A stretch of DNA of 64,000 bases, from the IMG/VR virus record IMGVR_UViG_3300010352_001575, positions 30,206 to 94,205 of that record, one strand, 5' to 3'. The translations under genes were made by a program, and so were the position numbers. Below the pieces are notes generated by a model. That model was not told the DNA's origin. It was given only the letters and a program-made list of their open reading frames with translations, and did not search any database. Each line of letters starts with the position of its first letter. Position 1 is the stretch's first letter. Below, one piece after another: positions 32,471-40,292 of this stretch. Source of the DNA: a virus.

Positions 32471-32733
32471 ATACCTCCTATGGTCTTTTACTCTGAGTAT
32501 ACAGAGGGGTTATAACGACCTTGACAACCACAAATACCTTGGCGTTACATTTCTGGTATTCAGTAGCTTCTCGTTTAGTACTAAAGACTCCCATGCAAAA
32601 AGCATTGCCCGGATGCACAACACCCCACCCAACATCGTACATACGCTCCCGCTTTGCTAGCTCTCCCATCTTCTTATCTGTGTTGGGGTCTGCTACCAGG
32701 CCAAGGTCTTTAGCTATGTTCATTGATCTGCTC

Positions 32734-33561
32734 CTATTGTGCTGTGTCTGTACGGTACTTAGCTAACAGTTCTGCTCTTCTCTTCTCTGCAGCTATGTCT
32801 AAATCCAGTTCCCGCTGCTTTTCGACCTGTTCGATCCTATTTTTTAGGACCATAGCTATGCTTGCTATAGCCTTGCACCGCACCGCATATTCAGCATTGT
32901 GTGCTTGCACAATTATATTCGTGTCGGCTACTGTCATAATTTCAACCCCAAATTCTTTCCTAATCTGTTTACGACTGCGTAACAGGTTAGCATCGTCAGA
33001 TGGGTAGATCAAAAGCTTGCTATAGTGATTTAACGGATTATCCTCTATGCTAATGTGCTCTAATGTGTGCAGCTTACGGACCATACTACTAACGTCGACC
33101 CCTAGTGCCGCAGCTTTTCGTATCTCGCCGCGTATTATTTTTTTATAGTGATAATTGCGTTCATAGCCGTATCTAAACTTGCTATGCCCATTGGCAAGAT
33201 TGTAGCTCCCGGAGGCCCAATGTTTTAAGGCAAACGAATCCGCTACCTTTTGTGAACACCCGGATAAACTAACTATTTTACTAGATAGCATATATAGCTC
33301 TGCCGCCATATAGACTCCTCCATCATCTGAAATTCCAAACCGCTCTTGTAAACCTCTAGTCAATATTACCCTAAGTTCTTCGTGCCTGGCGAGGCTAGCA
33401 TCCCGATCTCGTTGCTTACGCATGCTTTCGAGTTCTTTAGCTGTGTACCTACCTAGGGCATGCCTGACCTTTTTTAATGTTTCCGAACAGAACTCCCAGA
33501 TAGTAACGCATACCCCAACTAAAAAAATTAAAAGCGTACCCAAAAATAAAAGCGTACCCAT
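32734..33561 (-). CDS. Membrane-anchored hypothetical protein
   Basis: N-terminal hydrophobic helix; 275 aa. Confidence 0.65.
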   Translation of the reverse strand: MGTLLFLGTLLIFLVGVCVTIWEFCSETLKKVRHALGRYTAKELESMRKQRDRDASLARHEELRVILTRGLQERFGISDDGGVYMAAELYMLSSKIVSLSGCSQKVADSFALKHWASGSYNLANGHSKFRYGYERNYHYKKIIRGEIRKAAALGVDVSSMVRKLHTLEHISIEDNPLNHYSKLLIYPSDDANLLRSRKQIRKEFGVEIMTVADTNIIVQAHNAEYAVRCKAIASIAMVLKNRIEQVEKQRELDLDIAAEKRRAELLAKYRTDTAQ

Positions 33562-33744
33562 AATTATATGTCTCCTTTACCGCGTTTGTCCAGCTTTTCC
33601 AGTATCTCTAATATCTCAGATAGCTTGTCGTTTAACTCTCTAAACTTGCAGTCGATAGCGAACGCTATACAAAACCCTAGAACTATAACTGTGTAAGTGT
33701 CTAGCACCATAACAGTTCCTCTTAACATGTCTCCCTCCGTATAC

Positions 33745-34296
33745 CTATGGATGTCGTATCTTTGGTTCGAAGTACTTTGCTGAATGGCGATATATCTTGC
33801 ATATCTGGGCAAAGAACTCATCCACATTCTCAGTACCCTTCAACCTATTACAAGACCAACAGCATGGTACTACATTTTTAGGCACATAACCTAGGGTATT
33901 GTCTATCCTATCCAAACCATTATACGCAAATCTTCTACCCTGCTTGGCAGAAGGAGCGCCATTACAGTAGAAGCAGTTTTGTTTGATCGCAGACCTAAGG
34001 TAATCGTACGGTATGTTCCACACTAGACCCCTTTGTTTAGCCTGTCGCTTCATTGTTCGCAACACTCTTCCAAAGCCTACCTCTAGTCCAGGAGTGGGCA
34101 GGCTCTGTCCGGAACAGATGGCGCATGAAGTAACTCTCCCCTTCCTTAGGTCGGCGCCCCATACCTCCCGGACCTTGCCACAGTCACAAACGCAAATCCA
34201 ATAAGTTTTATTGTGTTTGTTGGGGGCCCTGCAGGCTACAGATAGCTTTCCGTATCTGTGGTTGGCCTCGTCTATTAGCATTTCTTGTGGTTTCAT
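33745..34296 (-). CDS. HNH-type homing-endonuclease-like protein
   Basis: RYGKL...W.C.CDCG...DLR.G...SC; CFYC...GLDRIDN..GY...NVVPCC..CN..KG. Confidence 0.8.
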   Translation of the reverse strand: MKPQEMLIDEANHRYGKLSVACRAPNKHNKTYWICVCDCGKVREVWGADLRKGRVTSCAICSGQSLPTPGLEVGFGRVLRTMKRQAKQRGLVWNIPYDYLRSAIKQNCFYCNGAPSAKQGRRFAYNGLDRIDNTLGYVPKNVVPCCWSCNRLKGTENVDEFFAQICKIYRHSAKYFEPKIRHP

Positions 34297-34455
34297 ACCT
34301 TTCCATTGATACTTTATGTTAACTTATTGTAACTTAGTTTCATCGTGGGCGCGTTACTAATAGCATATGAAACAAAGATTTGGGAGCTAAAAGCCGCGCC
34401 CGCCCCCGCCCCTCTGTACTCCGTACCGCACTTTTTGTATTGTACAAATTACAAA

Positions 34456-34496
34456 ATGTATCGTATACTTTACACAATGTAAAGTATACCATACAT
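34456..34496. repeat. Inverted repeat with 19-bp arms, 3-nt loop, one mismatch
   Basis: ATGTATCGTATACTTTACA-caa-TGTAAAGTATACCATACAT. Confidence 0.9.
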
Positions 34497-35094
34497 CCCC
34501 ACCCGCCCCACCAGGCCTAGTACGGCCGGTACAGTTCCGTACGGCTGCTACGCCCCCTGCCAAACAGCCCAGGGTAGGGCTAGGAGCGGGTTTTGCTACG
34601 AAAGTGGACCCAGGGCCTGGAGGAGAGTACGGCCAAGCCCTGGGCTGTATGCACGCGTTTTATAGCTAACCCCCTGGCTAGGACCAATAACCTAACCAGG
34701 GGGCGATGGCGCACAAGCTAACCAGGAGGAATGGTTAGCGGGTAATTTTCTTGGACTTAGGGACGGACACGCATTTAGCTATCGTATCCACGGCTTTAAG
34801 GACGCGCAGTTCAGAGAGCTTTTCCTTCCGCTCTATCTTATGGCGCCGGTCTACTTGCTCCCCTAGCTTGTAGAGGTTTCCAACTCCTTGTCCGGCCAAC
34901 AGCTGTTTTAATGTCACCATTGCTCCTCCTATTCGATTCCGTCCGAGGTAATGTTCTCGGGCGTATTGTATACGGCTTCCATCCGCTTCTGTGCATCTGA
35001 CTCCCAGACCTCCAACTGCTCCTTGTCTGGGAACACGGGCATCGTTAGCGGTATGACTATCGCCCGCCATATCTTTGCAAGATTGTGCCGGAAC

Positions 35095-35358
35095 CTATTC
35101 ATCTCTGTCCTCCTCTGATATAGAGTTGTCCACCCCGTCCTCCTTCTCTACCAGGAATCCCGGGGCCTTGGATACCAGGCCGCACTCTAAGGCAATTGCC
35201 TGGGCTATAGCTTTGGGCTGCAGGCCACACATCTTTGCTGCCTTCATGGGCCAGGCACAGCTCCCGTTCTTCTCTACCGTTACCAGTATCTCCGCTGCGG
35301 CCTTGGGGTGGTAGTGCTGTACGTACGCCCGGATCTCTCCGAGCTTATCCTCTGTCAT
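35095..35358 (-). CDS. Hypothetical protein
   Basis: AAGGAGG RBS; 87 aa. Confidence 0.6.
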   Translation of the reverse strand: MTEDKLGEIRAYVQHYHPKAAAEILVTVEKNGSCAWPMKAAKMCGLQPKAIAQAIALECGLVSKAPGFLVEKEDGVDNSISEEDRDE

Positions 35359-35377
35359 ACTGCCTCCTTGGTTTTCT

Positions 35378-35398
35378 TTATCCCCCGTAGGGGGATAA
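35378..35398. repeat. Perfect hairpin TTATCCCCC-GTA-GGGGGATAA
   Basis: Seen directly; sister copy at 36286. Confidence 0.85.
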
Positions 35399-35614
35399 CT
35401 ATTTGGTTTGGATTAGGGCATCCAGCAGGGTCTGCCTCAGCTTAAGGTAGCCCACACTCCACCGGCCACACTGTTCGGAGCCGGTGTTGAGGTACTCCAG
35501 GGCGTCCGTACAGGCCAGACGCAGCTGGGCCACCTGGGCCCTCAGCTCCGGGACGGTCTTTGATGGCTGGACCCAGTCTGGGGCTGGGTCTGGCACGGCT
35601 TTTGGGGTACACAT
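35399..35614 (-). CDS. Hypothetical protein
   Basis: AGGAGG RBS; 71 aa. Confidence 0.55.
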   Translation of the reverse strand: MCTPKAVPDPAPDWVQPSKTVPELRAQVAQLRLACTDALEYLNTGSEQCGRWSVGYLKLRQTLLDALIQTK

Positions 35615-35655
35615 ACGACCTCCTATGGCTGTTTTTGGTCCAAAATAGGGCTATT

Positions 35656-35771
35656 TTAGGGGGAATCAGCCCCCTAACGAGCTACTGTAACGTCCCCCTA
35701 AACCTGTTGTACAACCCCATAAATAGGCCAGTTAGGGGGGATTTATCGGCTTTTTAGGCCCTTTTAGGGGG
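35656..35771. repeat. Cluster of five TTAGGGGG/CCCCCTAA motifs
   Basis: Copies at 35656 (+), 35670 (-), 35694 (-), 35732 (+), 35764 (+). Confidence 0.8.
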
Positions 35772-35825
35772 GTTATTGCCTGGAAATTGGCCTAAACCTG
35801 CCCCCGCGGGCGATACAGCTATCAC

Positions 35826-36119
35826 TTACTGATGGTCAGTCCGCAGCCGGCGGAGGGTATCAATACCATCCGTGTCGTGCTTATGTATATAGCCACCGGC
35901 ATGGATGGCTTCTATAACCGCCTCATGCAGCATATCCTTCTTTCCCAGCAGGGCCATGGAACAATACTTGGCCACGCGAAGCGAGGCCAGAGCGGCATCC
36001 ACCGCGTCCTGGTCCACTTCGCTAAGGCCGATAACTCCATCGGCCTTGTCCAGTTCCTGCAGGAGCTCGTCCGTTATTACACCGAGGACGCGCTCCGCTA
36101 CCTGCTTCGCTATGCTCAT
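35826..36119 (-). CDS. Hypothetical protein
   Basis: GAGGAGG RBS; 97 aa. Confidence 0.6.
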   Translation of the reverse strand: MSIAKQVAERVLGVITDELLQELDKADGVIGLSEVDQDAVDAALASLRVAKYCSMALLGKKDMLHEAVIEAIHAGGYIHKHDTDGIDTLRRLRTDHQ

Positions 36120-36151
36120 GTCCCCTCCTCAGGGCCCCAGCACGACACTAA

Positions 36152-36180
36152 ATAGTGCTGGAATAATAACAACTTTTCAA
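36152..36180 (-). promoter_or_regulatory. Putative sigma70-like promoter
   Basis: TTGAAA-17 nt-CACTAT with AT-rich upstream sequence, before gene 36119. Confidence 0.4.
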
Positions 36181-36285
36181 AATAACTTACGATAATATAC
36201 GTTATGTAACCCTACCCTGACTGCAAGCCAGGGCGGGGTTATATAACCCCGGCCCAGGGTATGACCCCAGGCCGGGATAGAACTT

Positions 36286-36306
36286 CTTACCCCCGTAGGG
36301 GGTAAG
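36286..36306. repeat. Perfect hairpin CTTACCCCC-GTA-GGGGGTAAG
   Basis: Seen directly. Confidence 0.85.
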
Positions 36307-36320
36307 GTTTTGGATACTGC

Positions 36321-36737
36321 TTACGCCGTGACCTTGGTCCGCTTGCCGACCGAGGCGCTGACAGCCGCTCCCAGGTCCTTCACGGGGGCGGTAATGTCCT
36401 GGTCCTGCTTCTTCAGCAGTTCCAGTTCGCGCTCGGAGATGGCCTTCTTGGCAGCCTGCGCCGCCAGGAACTGCGCCTTCTCGGCCTCGGTCCATATGGC
36501 GAACACCGTCACCTTATGGCCATTGTACAGGCGCTGGCTGACAGCGCCCTCGCCGCGGAGCACGCGGGCGAACCGGCGGGCGGTCTCAGGGTACACCACC
36601 GCGCCACCGTTGGCCTTGGCTATGATGTTCCGGGCCAGGATGTCCTTCTCCGACAACTTCACTTCGGGACCGACTTCCGTCATCCCGTCAATGAAGGCGC
36701 GGCCGGACATCTGGGTGTTCTTGTTCACATTGCTCAT
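36321..36737 (-). CDS. Hypothetical basic protein with GC-rich codons
   Basis: AGGAG RBS, MSNVNKNTQ... Confidence 0.65.
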   Translation of the reverse strand: MSNVNKNTQMSGRAFIDGMTEVGPEVKLSEKDILARNIIAKANGGAVVYPETARRFARVLRGEGAVSQRLYNGHKVTVFAIWTEAEKAQFLAAQAAKKAISERELELLKKQDQDITAPVKDLGAAVSASVGKRTKVTA

Positions 36738-36943
36738 GTTAGCTCCTATCACCTTGTGCCAGCGTAGCCCCTACTGCATGGGACCGCGTCTGGTCTTACC
36801 GAGGCACAGCCATAGCGCCCAAAACAATGCGCTACGGCAACGCCCCGGAAGTGATAGCACCCAGGTCCATGTCGTGCCCCAAGATAGCTCCCAGGGCACA
36901 CCACAGGCCCACTAACACCCCTCCAGATGTTAGTGGCTAGCGA

Positions 36944-37393
36944 CTAGTGAACTTTGGCTTTGGCGCCTTTAGGCACAGAAGCTCCCGCTGCCTTCTTGTA
37001 CTTCTCTTTGAAGGCATCAATGGCCTTGCGGCCATCTTCTATGCGGCGGATGCCCACTTGCTCGCATTCCACGATGGCGGCAGCTCTCTCCAGCTGCTTC
37101 GCCTTCTTGGCGGCTTCCGCTGCTGCTTCTGCTACCTTCTCCTCTTCAGTGAGAAAGCGCGCGAGTAACCCCGCGCCCTTCATGCTCATGTACTTGCGGG
37201 TGGTGGACACCCCAGGGATTTTGAACATCGCCCTCCCTAGGGGGTTTGCCACGGGCATCCAGTCAAGAGGCATTCCAAGCTTCTGCCTCTCAGCATTCTG
37301 CTCCGCAAGCCCCTGCAATAGCATGAGGCCAAACGCTTGCTTCTCGCTGATGTCCCCGGGAATCTCCTGGGGCACGCCGTTGGTGGTGTTCAT
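36944..37393 (-). CDS. Hypothetical protein, first gene of the hairpin island
   Basis: AAGGAG RBS; 149 aa. Confidence 0.65.
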   Translation of the reverse strand: MNTTNGVPQEIPGDISEKQAFGLMLLQGLAEQNAERQKLGMPLDWMPVANPLGRAMFKIPGVSTTRKYMSMKGAGLLARFLTEEEKVAEAAAEAAKKAKQLERAAAIVECEQVGIRRIEDGRKAIDAFKEKYKKAAGASVPKGAKAKVH

Positions 37394-37719
37394 GGTACTC
37401 TCCTTTGGCTAGCGGGAGTACCCCATGACTAGCGGGTACTCCGCTAGTCGCTTTATTTTGTGCTTCTTTACTTCTTTTGTTTTTCTTATTGTTTTTGTTT
37501 TTGTTTCCTACATTTCACGCAAGGAAAAAATAAAACTTTTAATTTGCGGAAACAAGAAAATATTATGTGGGGGATTTCCCCCACAAGGGGGGGCCATTTT
37601 TAGTTAGCTAGAAATTGTCCAAACCTTTCCGGACCGCATTGCGCTATCACCCCACCCCCTCCCAGCCTCAGCCTAGCCACCCCCTCCTAGTCTCAGCCTC
37701 CCTCCGCGCGCTAGCAATG

Positions 37720-37749
37720 AAAAACCCGCCCCCCAACTCGGGGACGGGT
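37720..37749 (-). terminator. Rho-independent terminator ending the 45.3-to-37.8 kb operon
   Basis: Minus strand ACCCGTCCCC-GAGTT-GGGGGGCGGGT-TTTT. Confidence 0.75.
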
Positions 37750-37793
37750 GGCGACCGCCAGGATAACGGCTATGGCGCTACAATACAGCTACC

Positions 37794-39645
37794 TTATCGG
37801 ATCTGGCGACCGGCGTTTTTAGGTATTGGTCCTATGGCGTACCTGAACCAGGCTATGAGCTTATGCGCTCGCTGTTCTGGGCACCAGTGTAGCTCCAGGA
37901 AAGGCATAGCGTACATATATAGCTGCCTGTCCTTAGGGACCTTGAACTTGCTGGATAGCAGATCCCACAGGGCTAGGAACGCGATAGCCTTCTGTTCCTC
38001 ACACCACTTAAACGCCTTATTGGCTAGCTTAGCGTTTAAAAACTCGGCGTCGTCTTTAAGTGTGTACACGTGTGCGCTATAGGTCTGCCAGGTTAGCATC
38101 GCGCCATCCGGGGAGTGGCTCTCTCCTACGAACAGCATAATCGGGGCATATCGCTCTTTGAACTTGCGGCCTATATCATCGGCGCCAATAGTCGCATGGT
38201 GTATTTGCGTGTTCATCTTGACCACCTCTCCAGAAAATCCGCGGCGTTGTCGTATAGCACGCCATCACGATCAATCAACTGACCGTCTTTAACTACACAG
38301 TTGAACTTAGCCCCGAGTAGCTTGCCAGTGTTCGTATCGTAAGTAGCGGTGGGATCGCCGGCTGTCTCATATGTGTCGCCTTTCCGGTTTTTTACCTGCC
38401 ACCCTCTTGGCCCGCCGAGTTTGATAATCATTGTATCTCCTGATCATAGCATCCGATCTGGCTATAGTCAAACATCAGGTGCCAGTTGCAAATAGTTATG
38501 TCTAGAATGGCAGTATCTCGGTCTAGCTCCACTGATAGCAGAACCACGCCGAACCCGCGGCCGAAACACTGAGGTATATAATTAAAATATACCTGGGTGT
38601 CTACCAAGTAGTTATACACAACCATCAATAGCATTATGGCTATCTGAAACGCGTTAAACCTGGTATCTTCATTGTCTTTTTGTATGCGCATATATTCTCC
38701 TAGTCTACGGGATTGTTTTCTTTGTTGAAGCCATCCGATGCCTCGTCCCAGGGACCATAAAGGCCAAGGTCTTTGTGGTTTACCTCTCCCCAACCTCCGT
38801 CTCCGTCAACGGAATTCCATTCATGACAGCTTGCAAAAACGCACCACCGGGAAATACTATAGTCATCTCGGTACGCTACAAAACACAACGAGTCAGGCTG
38901 CAAGAAAGCGTGCTCTGTTATACCGTCATTCGCCTTCGTCCAGCCGCGGTCCATAAGGCGCTGCATGTCCTCTGAGAATTTTTCTATCATTTTTTTATCT
39001 CTCCTATAAAAATTGCCGAGTTCTATCTGTACTGGTGATGTCCCGCGGCCGAGCATCTTGTTCCGGAGCTCTTGCATAAACGGATGCTTGCAGCCACGCC
39101 ACACCTCTTCTATGATGTTCTTGTATGGGGCGAGGGCTTTGACTGGGTCCCGGAATAGTGCTTCCCAGTCGACGCACTTGCATGTATGGATACCGAGATT
39201 GAGATCGGCCCAGTGGAAATCTAAGGTTAGGGATAGCGGATTGTCTATGATGGTATAGTCTCCGTGCGGATAGACACAGTACACGCCCTTGCGCATCTTC
39301 CAAATGTCTTTGCCGGTTGGGTTTTTCATTTAGCATCTCCTGTGCTACGGCTCTTCCGCGTCCACTTACCTGGACACCAAGACCTTACTTTGGAAATGAC
39401 TCTATGCAACCAGCTAACACTCGGTGGCTTTTTTCTGAAGTTCTTGCAGTTGTTAAACTTATTCCTAATTTTAGGATGCTCCGATCTTTGAGCCTGTATC
39501 GGCGGCTCTCGGTAGGATACAGCAGACTTAACATAATAAATGTTATCAGGATGCTCGCATTGCTCCGCGTAGAAATACATACAGTCATAGACTCGAAACC
39601 AATCACAATCCCTGCAAAATACGCATTTTTTATTTTTCATATTAT
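37794..39645 (-). CDS. Five hypothetical genes (37794-38225, 38213-38431, 38428-38691, 38700-39329, 39326-39641)
   Basis: Coupled ORFs with RBSs. Confidence 0.55.
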
Positions 39646-39647
39646 AC

Positions 39648-40292
39648 CTAAATGGCAACCGCCGTTCCGTCTGCAACCGGCCGGATGTACGGCGGGTTGG
39701 TAACGTCATCAAACACTATCGGTATTTCTTTTCTAAACAAGTCCAAGATCATGCTAGCCAATTCCCGCATTTGTGGATGCGCGGCCGGAGCACAGCGTAA
39801 CTTAAAGAAATGCCTCCAGCTGCGCAAGTTCATCGTTATTACTAGTTCGGTCTTTACGCACGTTGGCAACACGCTGCGGGCTAACTGCGCGGAGCAGCCC
39901 GACTGCAGCATAGAGGTATACGCCTTCTCTGCTACCTGCACAGCCGTAGTCCAGCGCTTCGCGTTCTCGTCTGATAGCCCAGCTGGGAACACTACAGATA
40001 TCCCAGCACCGTATGCACAATAGCGAGTGCTCTCTTGAGAGTATGAACATCCTATCCTGTGTCTGACTATCTCGTGTGACACGCCTCGGTCAGTGACAAC
40101 CCTTACAGATATGCTAACGTGCTCTAGCACACTCTCGTGACCCCTGCGAATTAACCTCTCCACGAACGCATACGGCAGCGAGTCTAAGGCCTCGCTTTGA
40201 TAACAGGTTCTTCCCGCTGCCTCTATTCTTCTCAGAATATCGAGGCCAGAAATAGGTTGCTCTAGCTTAACACTTTGCTTAACAATTTTCAT
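39648..40292 (-). CDS. thyX: Flavin-dependent thymidylate synthase
   Basis: GHESVLEH, SHEIVRHR...SYSQESTRY, ARSVLP, NLRSWRHFFKLR...AHPQMR. Confidence 0.95.
   Translation of the reverse strand: MKIVKQSVKLEQPISGLDILRRIEAAGRTCYQSEALDSLPYAFVERLIRRGHESVLEHVSISVRVVTDRGVSHEIVRHRIGCSYSQESTRYCAYGAGISVVFPAGLSDENAKRWTTAVQVAEKAYTSMLQSGCSAQLARSVLPTCVKTELVITMNLRSWRHFFKLRCAPAAHPQMRELASMILDLFRKEIPIVFDDVTNPPYIRPVADGTAVAI

Noticed and set aside
35378-36306. Rho-independent terminators at the GTA hairpins
   Set aside because: No U-tract follows them in the direction of the surrounding genes.
34300-37750. CRISPR array in the hairpin island
   Set aside because: No regularly spaced identical repeats with unique spacers.
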